Shown in pieces: positions 40,876-50,941 of a stretch of DNA of 64,000 bases. The stretch's first letter is position 1; every line of letters begins with the position of its first letter. This DNA is from an uncultured Actinomycetota bacterium (GTDB taxonomy: Bacteria > Actinomycetota > Actinomycetes > JAFAQI01). Both the position numbers and the translations under genes were made by a program. Where the stretch lies: assembly GCA_963770565.1 (NCBI GenBank), contig CAVYQE010000001.1, positions 416,001 through 480,000 on the forward strand, written 5' to 3'. The notes beneath the pieces were generated by a model. The model was not told the origin of the DNA. It saw only the letters and a list, made by a program, of their open reading frames with translations, and made no database searches.

Positions 40876-41631
40876 GTGAGGAAGGCGTCGGAGACCACGG
40901 CGCTCCCGCCCGCGCCACGCCGGCAGGGCCCGCCCCGCCAGACCCAGCAGCGCACTCCGCGCACGCTCAGCCGCGGAGCGATCGTCGATGCTGCGGTGCG
41001 AGTGCTCGACGCCGAGGGGCTCGGGGCGGTGACGATGCGCCGGGTGGCGGACGAGCTCGGCACCGGGCCGGCGTCCCTCTACGCCCATGTCGCCGACAAG
41101 GACGAGATGGTGGCCGCGGTCCTCGACCGGGTGATCAGCGAGGTGGAGATCCCCGATCCGATCGACCCGGAGCGATGGCAGGAACAGCTCAAGGAGCTGG
41201 CCCGCTCGGTGCGACGGACCTTCGCGCAGCATCGCGACATCGCCCGCGCCAGCCTCGGCAACATCCCCACCGGAGAAGGCGCGCTGCCCGGGATGGACGC
41301 GATGGTCGGCATCCTGCTTGCGGGCGGGGTCAGCCCGGTGGTGGCCGGCCTCTCGGTGGACATCCTGGCGCTCTACTTCACTGCGTCGGCGTTCGAGGAG
41401 AGTCTCGAGACCTTCCCCGTCGGCGAGCAGGAGAAGCAGGCGTTCCACGAGGAGCTGAGACAGTTCTTCGCCGCGCTGCCGGCCGACCGCTTCCCACACT
41501 TGGTCGGGATGGCCGGACCACTGACCTCCGGTGACGGTGACGAGCGGTTCGAGTTCGGTCTCGACCTGCTCGTCCGCGGCATCGCCTCGACCGTCAAGGC
41601 GGCGAAGAAGTCACGCAAGAAGAAGCGCTAG
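40876..41631 (+). CDS. TetR family regulator (TetR_C domain)
   Basis: TMRRVADELGTGPASLYAHV, FEFGLD. Confidence 0.92.
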   Translation: MRKASETTALPPAPRRQGPPRQTQQRTPRTLSRGAIVDAAVRVLDAEGLGAVTMRRVADELGTGPASLYAHVADKDEMVAAVLDRVISEVEIPDPIDPERWQEQLKELARSVRRTFAQHRDIARASLGNIPTGEGALPGMDAMVGILLAGGVSPVVAGLSVDILALYFTASAFEESLETFPVGEQEKQAFHEELRQFFAALPADRFPHLVGMAGPLTSGDGDERFEFGLDLLVRGIASTVKAAKKSRKKKR

Positions 41632-41645
41632 CCGGCGTCGCGCGG

Positions 41646-41708
41646 AGTTGATCATGGCAAAGAGCGGCGTTTTCTCGCCGATATTGCCTCGGTTTGCCAT
41701 GATCAACT
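41646..41708. repeat. 16-bp perfect inverted repeat (GTTGATCATG-type actinobacterial REP-like hairpin)
   Basis: AGTTGATCATGGCAAA...TTTGCCATGATCAACT. Confidence 0.75.
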
Positions 41709-41732
41709 TCTGGTGCCGCCTAGCATCGAGGC

Positions 41733-43455
41733 GTGGACCTGCCGCGGTCGGCGTTGCTCGACCAGATCCGCGACGCGGTGATCGGCGACGACACGCTGAT
41801 CGACGGGCCGTACGGCCCGCGGCGGGTCACCTACGCCGACTACACCGCGAGCGGCCGGGCGCTGAGCTTCATCGAGGACTTCATCCGGGACGCGGTCCTT
41901 CCGACGTACGCCAACACCCACACCGAGTCGAGCGGCACCGGGCTGCAGACCACCCGGCTGCGCGAGGAGGCGCGGCGGATCATCCGCGATGCGCTCGGCG
42001 GCGACGACGACACGGTGGTGATCTTCACCGGCTCCGGCGCGACCGCGGCGGTGGACAAGATGGTCCGGATCCTCGGGATCCGGATCCCGTCGCAGCTCGA
42101 GGACCGCTACACGCTCTCGCAGCTGATCCCGCCGGCCGAGCGGCCGGTCGTGTTCGTCGGCCCGTTCGAGCATCACTCCAACGAGCTTGCCGTGGCGTGA
42201 GTCGATCGCCGACGTGGTCGAGATTCCTGCCGACGCGGACGGGCACATCGACCCAGCGGTGCTCGAGCGGCACTTGATCGAGTACGCCGACCGGCCGTTG
42301 CGGATCGGGTCGTTCTCCGCCGCTTCCAACGTCACCGGCGTGGTCAGCGACACCGCCGGGATTGCCCGGCTGTTGCACCGGCACGGCGCGCTGTCGTTCT
42401 GGGACTTCGCCGCGGCCGCGCCGTACGTCGAGATCGCGATGTCGCCGGCCGATGACCCGGATGCGCGGCTGGATGCAGTCTTCCTCTCGCCCCACAAGCT
42501 GATCGGCGGCCCGGGCACTCCCGGGGTGCTCGCCGTACGACGGGAGCTCGTCACCAACCGGGTGCCCACGGTGCCGGGCGGCGGCACGGTTGCGTACGTC
42601 AACCCGCTCGAGCACGTGTATCTGGCCGATCCGGTCGCCCGCGAAGAAGGCGGCACGCCCGACATCATCGGCTCGATCCGGGCCGGCTTGGTGTTTGCGC
42701 TCAAGCAAGCCGTGGGCGCACCGCTGATCAAGGCGGTCGAGGCGGCGCTGCTCGAGCGCGCGGTCGAGGTGTGGTCGGCCGAGCCGGCGATCGAGATCCT
42801 CGGCAACCTCGACGCCGAGCGGCTGTCGATCGTCTCGTTCGTGGTGAAGCGGCCGGGGGGCTTCTACCTGCACCACAACTTCGTCGTGGCGTTGCTCAAC
42901 GACCTGTTCGGGATCCAGGCCCGTGGCGGCTGCTCATGCGCCGGCCCGTACGGACACCGCCTGCTGGGTATCGACATCGAGCATTCGCATGCGTTCCAGC
43001 ACGAGATCGCCGCCGGTTGCGAGGGAATCAAGCCGGGCTGGGTGCGGGTCAACTTCACCTACTTCCTCGACGAAACGGTCGCCGACTACATCATCGAGGC
43101 GGTGCGGTTCGTCGCTCGCGAGGGCGATCGCTTCCTCACCGACTATCGCTTCGACCCGCCGTCGGGGTTATGGCACCACCGCAACGCCGCGGCCGACCCG
43201 CCGCTGCGGCTGGCCGACGTGCACTTCGACACACCGGATCACGTGATGGTCTTCCCGGCGCACTCGGCCCGCGCCGACGTCTCAGTGCTGCAGGACCACC
43301 TGCACGACGCCGAGCGGCTCGCGGCCGAGCGGGAGCGACCGCCGTCGGGGCAGCCGGCGGGGGAGGCGCTGACCGGCCTGCGGCCCGACGTCGAAGCGTT
43401 GCGGTGGTTCGACCTGCCGCCCGGCTGCCTGGTCGGCGACGCTCCGGAAGACTAG
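41733..43455 (+). pseudogene. Class V PLP aminotransferase/cysteine desulfurase-like gene split by a +1 frameshift at ~42187
   Basis: YADYTASGR...EHHSNEL in one frame continues as PWRE...SPHK...RGGCSCAG in another; one extra T. Confidence 0.85.
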
Positions 43456-43470
43456 ATCGCTGCGAAGAGG

Positions 43471-43659
43471 CTAGATCTCGGACGGGTCGCCGCACGCGGC
43501 GGTGAAGGCAGCGGTTGCCTCGGGCGACTCCCAGTGCACGGTGTGGCCGGCCTCGACGAAGGCTGCGATGCCTTCCCAGCCGTCGATGATCTCGCCGGTC
43601 CGAGCGCCGGAGGCCCACCAGGTGCCGTCGTCGTGTTGCGTGATCAAGACCTCACCCAT
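43471..43659 (-). CDS. Small hypothetical protein
   Basis: 62-aa ORF with normal codon bias filling the gap. Confidence 0.45.
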   Translation of the reverse strand: MGEVLITQHDDGTWWASGARTGEIIDGWEGIAAFVEAGHTVHWESPEATAAFTAACGDPSEI

Positions 43660-43704
43660 GGCGGCAGGCTATCCGCGCGACCGGGCTCGGCACGACGGTG
43701 ATCG

Positions 43705-43822
43705 CCCCACCAATGGCCCATGCGTGGGGCTATGACCCCACCGATGGGCCACGGGTGGGGCTATGACCCCACCAATGGGCCACGGGTGGGGCTATGACCC
43801 CACCGATGGGCCATGCGTGTGG
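43705..43822. repeat. REP-like 31-bp palindromic unit x~4 in tandem
   Basis: Units start at 43705, 43736, 43767 and 43798. Confidence 0.88.
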
Positions 43823-45574
43823 TTAGCCGAAGGTGAAGTCGTAGGCCTTGACGCCGGGCGAGACGTCCAGTTGCAGGAGGCCGTGCTGCAGGTTCGATCC
43901 CGAGATGACCGTGTACAACGACGGCACTCCGGCGACGTGCTGGGTCGGGAGCGCCTTGCCGTTCAGGGTTGCCGTCACCGTGCCGGTCCCGGAGAGTACG
44001 AGGTAGACGTCGGAGGCGTCGATGTCGATTCTCAGCTCGGCCGCGGAGCCGGCCACGATGTCCTCGCTCTGGACCGTCCACTGGCCGGACAGGCTGAGGT
44101 CGTTCGCCGGCAGCGACGAGGGGAAGCGGTAGGTCGCGGCCCGGTCCTTCACGATCGAGGTTCCGACGTACCGGGCCAGCCGCTCGTAGCCGAGGTAGCT
44201 CTCCGGTGTCGAGGCCTGGGTCGGCGTGCGGTCCGGTACGTCGGTCGGCGGCGGCAGCGTCGCGCCGTTGGCCTTGAGCAGCGCGCGGATCGCGCCCTCG
44301 GTGGTGCCGTAGTCGCCTTCGCCAACCGAGCCGTAGCGGACATGACCGCTCGGATCGATCAGGTATTCGGCCGGCCAGGAGTTGTTGCCCCACGCGTCCC
44401 AGGTGCCGTAGTCGTTGTCCATGGCGACCGGGTATTTCACGCCGAGGCGCTGCACGGCGGAGATCACGTTGCCCGCCACGTGTTCGAAGTCGAACTCCGG
44501 GGTGTGCACGCCGATCACGTCGAACCCGGCGTTGTGGTAGCGGTCGTACCAGGCTTCGACGTGCGGCAGGCTGCGCAGGCAGTTGATGCACGAGTAGGTC
44601 CAGAAGTCGATCAGCACCACGTGGCCGCGCAGCTGCGACAGGTGCAGGGCAGCGCCGGCCGGGGTGTTGATCCAGCGGGTGACGTCCGCGAAGTCCGGCG
44701 CCGGTCCGTAGTTGGGCAACGAGGAGGCGGACAGCGTCGGCACCTGGTCGGCCATCGGGACGATGCTCGGACCGGACGGCGTGATGGTCGCGTTCAGCGA
44801 GCCCTGGATCCGCTTGGCGTTGTCGGACTCGTGCGGGTTGCTGATGTGGGCGATCCGGCCGCTGATCGACTTGCTGTCGGTGAGGTGGTGCTCGATCGTC
44901 GCCGAGTACGACGGAACCGCGGTCTGCAACGCGGTAGCGGCACCGAACATGATCGCGACCGCGCTCCCAGCCAGCGCAACGCCGCCGGCCCGCCGCAGCC
45001 CGATCGCGTGCGCCCGCAGCCAGCCGGTCGCGCTCGACACCCGCTCGGTGAGCAGGACCAGCCCGAAGACCGGCAGGGCGATCCCGAGTGCGTAGGCGAC
45101 GGTCAGCGCGACCGCGTCGACGCCGAGCGCGTTGTGCGGGCTCCCGACCGCGGCGATCGTGGCGAGGATCGGACCGCCACACGGCAGGTAGAGCAGCCCG
45201 AGCGTCGCGCCGAGCACGAAGCCGCTCGCCGTACCGTCGGGGGAGCGGTTCACGCCGAGCCGGGCGAACGGCCGCTCGAGCAGCTGACCGACCTGAGGAA
45301 TCAGGAAACCCGCGGCCAGGACGAACAGCACGCCGATGGCGATGTCGTAGCGCAGGCCCAGCGGCAGCCCGAGCGCCTGGAGCAGGCGGATGCTGAACAG
45401 CGCCGAGACGCCGAAGGCCAGGGCGAGGCCGGTCGCGATGGCGGCGGCTCGGCGCCGCCCACCGGCCGTCACGCCCGAAGCGACAACCGCCGGCAGCACC
45501 GGCAGGATGCACGGCGAGACGATCGTGAGCAGCCCGGCGAGGAAGCCGATGAACAGCAGCAGGCCAGTTGTCAC
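43823..45574 (-). CDS. dipZ: DipZ (CcdA domain plus thioredoxin domain)
   Basis: SPCILPVLP, PCGGPIL, DFWTYSCINC, ends AYDFTFG. Confidence 0.9.
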   Translation of the reverse strand: MTTGLLLFIGFLAGLLTIVSPCILPVLPAVVASGVTAGGRRRAAAIATGLALAFGVSALFSIRLLQALGLPLGLRYDIAIGVLFVLAAGFLIPQVGQLLERPFARLGVNRSPDGTASGFVLGATLGLLYLPCGGPILATIAAVGSPHNALGVDAVALTVAYALGIALPVFGLVLLTERVSSATGWLRAHAIGLRRAGGVALAGSAVAIMFGAATALQTAVPSYSATIEHHLTDSKSISGRIAHISNPHESDNAKRIQGSLNATITPSGPSIVPMADQVPTLSASSLPNYGPAPDFADVTRWINTPAGAALHLSQLRGHVVLIDFWTYSCINCLRSLPHVEAWYDRYHNAGFDVIGVHTPEFDFEHVAGNVISAVQRLGVKYPVAMDNDYGTWDAWGNNSWPAEYLIDPSGHVRYGSVGEGDYGTTEGAIRALLKANGATLPPPTDVPDRTPTQASTPESYLGYERLARYVGTSIVKDRAATYRFPSSLPANDLSLSGQWTVQSEDIVAGSAAELRIDIDASDVYLVLSGTGTVTATLNGKALPTQHVAGVPSLYTVISGSNLQHGLLQLDVSPGVKAYDFTFG

Positions 45575-45756
45575 GTCCGCCTTCTGGAGTCGAGGGTGTC
45601 GCGCCCCGCCGCAACAGTCCAGGTCCTTTGTACCAACGTGGGGCGGGCTGGCCCGGGCTCACAGCTGATCCGTAAGCAAATCGTTCGAAATCCGCCCGGT
45701 TGAACTGCGCTTGCACTGCGGGGGACGATGTCGGTGGTCGGGGTTAGGTTCATGCG

Positions 45757-46575
45757 GTGACCGCCGACGACCTCGCCGCCCACTTCCTCGCCCTGCACGG
45801 CGGTCCGACCCCGTTGCTCATCCCCAATCCGTGGGACGCGGGCTCGGCCCGGGTTCTCGCCTCGCTCGGATTCCAGGCGTTGGCGACGACCAGCAGCGGG
45901 TTCGCGGCCACGCTCGGGCGGCTCGACGGGTCGGTGAGCCGCGACGAGGCGCTCGCCCACGCGGCCGCGATCGCGGCGGCCACCGATCTGCCGGTCTCGG
46001 CCGACCTGGAGAACTGCTTCGCGGACGAGCCGGCGGGAGTCGCCGAGACCGTGACCCTGGCCGCAAGCACTGGCCTGGCCGGGTGCTCGATCGAGGACTT
46101 CACGGGTGATCAGTCCGACCCGATCTACGACCTCGGGCCGGCCACCGAGCGGGTGGCGGCCGCCGCTGAGGCCGCGCACGGCGGCCCGACCCGGCTGGTG
46201 CTCACTGCGCGGTCCGAGAACTACCTGCACGGACGCGCCGACCTCGCCGACACGATCGCTCGGCTGCAGGCCTACTCGGCGGCCGGCGCCGACGTGCTCT
46301 ATGCGCCGGGGCTGACCAGGCTCGAGGACATCCGGGAGGTGGTCGACTCGGTCGACCGGCCGGTCAACGTGCTCGCGTTGCCGAGCGGTCCCGACGTCGG
46401 GGCGCTGGCCACGTTCGGCGTACGCCGGATCTCGGTCGGCGGCGCATTCGCGTACGCCGCACTCGCTGGGCTGGTCGATGCCGGGCGGGAGCTCATCGAG
46501 CGCGGCACGCTCGGGTTCTGGGACCGTGCCGCGGTCGGCGGAGCGGCTGCCCGGGCGGCCTTCGCGAGCACCTGA
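45757..46575 (+). CDS. Isocitrate lyase/PEP mutase family protein
   Basis: PNPWDAGSA, ATTS, SADLEN, SIED. Confidence 0.88.
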   Translation: MTADDLAAHFLALHGGPTPLLIPNPWDAGSARVLASLGFQALATTSSGFAATLGRLDGSVSRDEALAHAAAIAAATDLPVSADLENCFADEPAGVAETVTLAASTGLAGCSIEDFTGDQSDPIYDLGPATERVAAAAEAAHGGPTRLVLTARSENYLHGRADLADTIARLQAYSAAGADVLYAPGLTRLEDIREVVDSVDRPVNVLALPSGPDVGALATFGVRRISVGGAFAYAALAGLVDAGRELIERGTLGFWDRAAVGGAAARAAFAST

Positions 46576-46617
46576 TCCTGAAGATCCACCAAAGGCGGAA
46601 CCGGCTAGCGTCGGATC

Positions 46618-47298
46618 GTGCCTGTTGACGTCCCCGACGACGAGGAGGAGCCAAAGGAGCGGCTTCACATCTCGCTCTCGCAGATGGCGGCGAGTTCGCT
46701 CGCGGCCGTCTCTGCGGCTGTCCTCTGCTCGCTGTTCGGGGTCGCCGGCACCGTGATCGGCACGGCGGTCGCGAGCGTGTTGTTCACCATCGGCAGCGCG
46801 TTGTACGTCCACACTCTGCGCCGTACCAAGGCTCGGCTGCGACGGATGCATCAGGCCGGCGCAGCGTCGCCGTCGTTCCGCGAGGTGATGAAGACGGCGA
46901 GGCTGCAGGGCCGGCGGCTGTTGGACAACGTGCCGTGGCGGCTTTCCGGCGCGATCGCCGCGTCGGTCTTCGTGATCTCGATCGGGGTCGTGACCGCGAT
47001 CGAGGCCGGCGTTGGCGAGCCGCTGTCGGCGCTGCTCGGCGTCTCGCATGCTGGCGATCGAAACACGAGTGCGGGCTCCCTGGTTGGCGCCGGCCCCAAG
47101 CGTCACCACCACAAGGCGAAACCGACGCCGACCGTGACCGAGACCGTCACGGCCACTCCGACCTCGCCCCCGCCGTCGTCGAGCACTTCACCGACACCGA
47201 CGGACACGCCCACCAAGAAGCCCACTCACTCGCCGACCCACTCACCGTCGACGACCCCGACACCAACGACGACGCCGACCGCAACCGGGTCGCCTTAG
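46618..47298 (+). CDS. Membrane protein with Pro/Thr-rich tail
   Basis: GVAGTVIG TM hairpin, third TM, PT repeats. Confidence 0.75.
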   Translation: MPVDVPDDEEEPKERLHISLSQMAASSLAAVSAAVLCSLFGVAGTVIGTAVASVLFTIGSALYVHTLRRTKARLRRMHQAGAASPSFREVMKTARLQGRRLLDNVPWRLSGAIAASVFVISIGVVTAIEAGVGEPLSALLGVSHAGDRNTSAGSLVGAGPKRHHHKAKPTPTVTETVTATPTSPPPSSSTSPTPTDTPTKKPTHSPTHSPSTTPTPTTTPTATGSP

Positions 47299-47326
47299 CA
47301 CGGTCGCGGTCGGCGAGGCGGCCTAC

Positions 47327-48235
47327 TTAGGCCTTGAGCAGCTTGGCGTCATGCTCCAGCCAGTCCAGGACCAGGCCGGTCGTCCAGTCCGGCGCCTCGA
47401 GCATCGGGACGTGGCCGATGTCCTTGGCGACCTCGAACCGCCAGGCCGGGAAGGCCCGCGCGGTCGCGACCGCGAGGTTGATCGGCACCAACCGGTCCTG
47501 GTCGCCGTGCAGCATGAGGACCGGCGCGGTCACCCGCTCGAACGTACGGCGGACCACCTGGGGTCGGGCCAGCAGCCGGATCAGCGACCGGCCGGCGTCG
47601 ACCACGTCCGCGGCGCTGAAGTCGCCTGGCCGCCGGCTCTCGATCGAGGCGATCCCGGCTTCGATGACCTCGGGCGGCACCCGGGACATGTCGACCGTGC
47701 ACAACATCAGCGTGTTGTAGACCTGCGTCGATACGCTCTGCCGCCTCCGTCGGCGGTCGAGCAGCATTCCGCCGATGCCCGGCGCGGCGATGATGGCGAA
47801 CTGCAGCGCGACCCGCTTGTCGACCCGCGACAACAGCGGGTGGGGCAGGGCGGGATCGACGAGGACCGCACCCGCGACCTGGGCGGGCGCGATCGCGGAC
47901 TCGAGCAGGGTGATCAGGCCGCCCATCGAGTTGCCCATCAATACGACCGGCTCCTCGATGACCTCACGAAGGAACCGGTCGAGCAGCGCGCGGTTGGCCA
48001 GCACCGCGGTCGACCGCCCGGCGGCCGGACTCAGGCCGTGCCCGGCCAGGTCGATCGCGACCATCCGGCAGCGTTCGGTCAGGCGGGGGGCGACCGCCAG
48101 CCAGTTCCAGGCCGACCCGCCGAGCCCGTGAACCGCGACGATCAGCGGCCCGTCGGCCGGCCCGCCGAAGTCGAGGTAGTGGGTCGGACCGTCGAGGTCG
48201 ACGATTCGCGAGACGGCGGCGTGGGTGGTAGTCAC
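47327..48235 (-). CDS. Alpha/beta hydrolase
   Basis: HGLGG, GNSMGG, HGDQD, GHVP. Confidence 0.9.
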   Translation of the reverse strand: MTTTHAAVSRIVDLDGPTHYLDFGGPADGPLIVAVHGLGGSAWNWLAVAPRLTERCRMVAIDLAGHGLSPAAGRSTAVLANRALLDRFLREVIEEPVVLMGNSMGGLITLLESAIAPAQVAGAVLVDPALPHPLLSRVDKRVALQFAIIAAPGIGGMLLDRRRRRQSVSTQVYNTLMLCTVDMSRVPPEVIEAGIASIESRRPGDFSAADVVDAGRSLIRLLARPQVVRRTFERVTAPVLMLHGDQDRLVPINLAVATARAFPAWRFEVAKDIGHVPMLEAPDWTTGLVLDWLEHDAKLLKA

Positions 48236-48397
48236 CCCTCCACGATGCCTTATGGCGGCGAGAGGCAGCCCACCGAACGTCATTTGCGGTGAGGGTGAAC
48301 CGTCATCTGGGGTTCACTTTGGCGTTGCCCAACGGCTGCGCACAGTACCGTCGGGGGTCGAGATTCTGGCGCGTGACGTCGGCGGGAGGACGGGCTG

Positions 48398-49330
48398 ATG
48401 ACGCACGACGGGATTCCCGAGCTGGTGTATTCGGACGGCACGGTTGCCGACGACGACCTGCTCGATGCGCTCGACGATCTCGAGATCGACGTACTCATCG
48501 ACGACGACGGCGAGCCGACGTTGCTCGATGCACAAGGCCGGCCGGTCGAGACCTGGCGCGAGGGCTACCCCTATGACCGGCGGATGACCCGGTTCGACTA
48601 CGAGCGCACGAAGCGGCTGCTCCAGATCGAGCTGCTGAAGCTCCAGTCCTGGGTCAAGGCGGACGGCCGGCGGCTGGTCCTGCTGTTCGAGGGTCGGGAC
48701 GCGGCCGGCAAGGGCGGCACGATCCGGCGCTACACCGAGCATCTGAACCCGCGCGGCGCCCGCGTGGTGGCGCTCGAGAAACCGACCGACGTCGAGCGTG
48801 GCCAGTGGTATTTCCAGCGGTACGTCGAGCAGCTGCCCGCGGCCGGGGAGATCGTGTTCTTCGACCGCTCCTGGTACAACCGGGCCGGCGTCGAGCGGGT
48901 GATGGGGTTCTGCAGCGACGAGGAGTACCACCGGTTCATGGTCCAGGCGCCGCCGTTCGAGCGGATGCTGGTCGAGGACGGCATCGACCTGGTCAAGTTC
49001 TGGTTCTCGGTGACCCGCAGCGAGCAGCGCACCCGCTTCACGCTGCGCCGGGTCGACCCGGTCAAGCAGTGGAAGCTCAGCCCGATGGACCTCGCATCCC
49101 TGGATAAATGGGATGAATACACCGCGGCGAAGGAGCAGATGTTCCGCTCGACGCACACCTCGTTCGCTCCGTGGATGGTGGTGAAGAGCAACGACAAGCG
49201 GCGTGGGCGGATCGAGTCGATGCGCTACGTGCTGTCGCGGTTCGACTATCCGGGCAAGAACCGGGCCGTGGTGGGAGCGCCTGATCCGGTCCTCGTGGGC
49301 TCTCCCGACGCGGTGCTCGAGGACCGCTAG
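48398..49330 (+). CDS. ppk2: Polyphosphate kinase 2 (class I)
   Basis: FEGRDAAGKGG, DRSWYNRAGVE, KQWKLSPMD. Confidence 0.95.
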   Translation: MTHDGIPELVYSDGTVADDDLLDALDDLEIDVLIDDDGEPTLLDAQGRPVETWREGYPYDRRMTRFDYERTKRLLQIELLKLQSWVKADGRRLVLLFEGRDAAGKGGTIRRYTEHLNPRGARVVALEKPTDVERGQWYFQRYVEQLPAAGEIVFFDRSWYNRAGVERVMGFCSDEEYHRFMVQAPPFERMLVEDGIDLVKFWFSVTRSEQRTRFTLRRVDPVKQWKLSPMDLASLDKWDEYTAAKEQMFRSTHTSFAPWMVVKSNDKRRGRIESMRYVLSRFDYPGKNRAVVGAPDPVLVGSPDAVLEDR

Positions 49331-49358
49331 GAGCGCTACTCACAGCGCAACTTCTGGC

Positions 49359-49391
49359 GTTCATCTAGTGGTCATCCGGCGTTCGGCTTCC
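49359..49391 (+). promoter_or_regulatory. PHO-box-like 11-nt direct repeats
   Basis: GTTCATCTAGT GGTCATCCGGC GTTCGGCTTCC. Confidence 0.7.
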
Positions 49392-49479
49392 GTGCGTCGG
49401 TTGTCGTCGTCCGTCGGTTGTCGTGGTGTGACGGCAAATGCGTCAATCCGTGAGCGTTGCCACGACGAGGAGGAGTTGC

Positions 49480-49941
49480 GTGAAGTCGCCGCGGTTTCTG
49501 TTCGTCGTGGGCGTCGGTCGCGGCCCGGAGGCGCACCCGGTCTGGCCGGACGTGCACCAGAACTTCGAGGGTGAGGTCGACGCCGACGAGTCGTGGGTCG
49601 CGTGGCGCCTGACCGGCGCCAACCATCGCGAGCTCGGCCGCAGTTCGCGGGTGTTTCCGGACCTGACCACAGCCCGAGAGGACGCGATCGCTCTGCACGA
49701 GCGGATCGACCAGGCCCAGGCGCACATCCTCACCGTGCCGCACACCGGCACCTGGGGGTGGCGGCTGCGGCTCGACGACGTGCCGGTCGCGACTTCGAGC
49801 CGGGGATACGCCCGGCACCGCGAGTGCACCTACAACGTGGCGGCCTTCATGGCCGCCGCTGCCGTGGCGGAGCTCTCCGAAGGAGAGTTTCCGCGGGCCT
49901 GGAAGTTTCACATCGAGCCGATAGTTGGACCCGCGCTATGA
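49480..49941 (+). CDS. YegP/DUF1508-like tandem-repeat protein
   Basis: [14 protein letters not shown] and WGWRL...VATSSRGY repeats; GGAGGAG RBS. Confidence 0.6.
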   Translation: MKSPRFLFVVGVGRGPEAHPVWPDVHQNFEGEVDADESWVAWRLTGANHRELGRSSRVFPDLTTAREDAIALHERIDQAQAHILTVPHTGTWGWRLRLDDVPVATSSRGYARHRECTYNVAAFMAAAAVAELSEGEFPRAWKFHIEPIVGPAL

Positions 49942-49958
49942 CGACTGAGGGAGTATCG

Positions 49959-50798
49959 ATGACCACGGTTGCGCCACCGGTAATTGACATCGCGGTGGCC
50001 GAGTTGCCGCAGCGCAATCCCACCGGTGCCCATCTGGACGCGCAGCGTGTTTCGGCGTGGTTCGGCACGAACAAGGTGCTTGAACGGGTTTCGTTGTCAA
50101 TGCCGCCGGGCGTGGTGACGGCGCTCATCGGTCCGTCCGGGTGTGGAAAGTCGACCTTCCTCCGAATCCTCAACCGGATGCACGAGTCGGTGGTGGGCGC
50201 GAAGCTCGCCGGTGAGGTCCTGCTCAACGGTTCGGACATCTACGCTCCAAGCGCTCGGACGACCGAGACCAGGCGGCGGATCGGGATGGTCTTCCAGAAG
50301 CCCAACCCGTTCCCGACCATGTCGATCGCAGAGAACGTCACGGCCGGGCTCAGGCTCACCGGTACCAAGATCGCTAGATCTGATCGAACCGCTCTGGTCG
50401 AGGACTGCCTGCAACGCGGCGGGTTGTGGGGCGAGGTGAAGGACCGGCTCGACTCGCCTGGTGGCGCGTTGTCGGGCGGCCAGCAACAGCGGCTGTGCAT
50501 TGCCCGCTCGCTGGCGGTTAACCCCGACGTGCTCCTGATGGACGAGCCATGCTCGGCGCTCGATCCGACCTCGACCCGACGGATCGAGGAGACCATCGCC
50601 GTCCTGCGCGAGCAGGTCACGATCGTCATCGTCACGCACAACATGCAGCAGGCCGCGCGGGTTTCCCAGCAGTGTGCGTTCTTTCTGGCCGAGCAGGGGA
50701 CCCCGGGCCAGATCGTCGAGGCCGGGTCAACCGAGGACATCTTTGAACGGCCCAAGGACTCGCGCACCGCGGACTACGTCCACGGCCGCTTCGGCTGA
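49959..50798 (+). CDS. pstB: Phosphate ABC transporter ATP-binding protein
   Basis: [40 protein letters not shown], ends GRFG. Confidence 0.95.
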   Translation: MTTVAPPVIDIAVAELPQRNPTGAHLDAQRVSAWFGTNKVLERVSLSMPPGVVTALIGPSGCGKSTFLRILNRMHESVVGAKLAGEVLLNGSDIYAPSARTTETRRRIGMVFQKPNPFPTMSIAENVTAGLRLTGTKIARSDRTALVEDCLQRGGLWGEVKDRLDSPGGALSGGQQQRLCIARSLAVNPDVLLMDEPCSALDPTSTRRIEETIAVLREQVTIVIVTHNMQQAARVSQQCAFFLAEQGTPGQIVEAGSTEDIFERPKDSRTADYVHGRFG

Positions 50799-50886
50799 TC
50801 GACATTTCTCACGGCCGGTCCGCCGGCCCGTCCTGCCTGCACGCCTGGCTGGTCGACACGGGCTCGGTGGTTGCTCCCGGACAAGC

Positions 50887-50924
50887 GGTAGGGGCGTCAC
50901 CTCGATCGAGGTGACGCCCCTACC
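50887..50924. terminator. 38-bp perfect palindrome, probable bidirectional terminator
   Basis: GGTAGGGGCGTCACCTCGA|TCGAGGTGACGCCCCTACC between convergent genes. Confidence 0.8.
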
Positions 50925-50941
50925 AATGGGCGACCGGTGGC

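Noticed and set aside
42180-42200. Programmed frameshift or selenocysteine readthrough at TGA 42198
   Set aside because: The continuation is in a different frame, there is no slippery site, and a single extra base explains it
43705-43822. CRISPR array
   Set aside because: The units are contiguous near-identical 31-mers with no unique spacers, and no cas genes are present
43761-45716. Long alternative ORFs of 651 aa and 646 aa over dipZ, and similar Arg/Pro-rich ORFs elsewhere (35484-37061, 45571-47112, 54181-55599)
   Set aside because: Shadow frames of high-GC genes with no recognisable motifs
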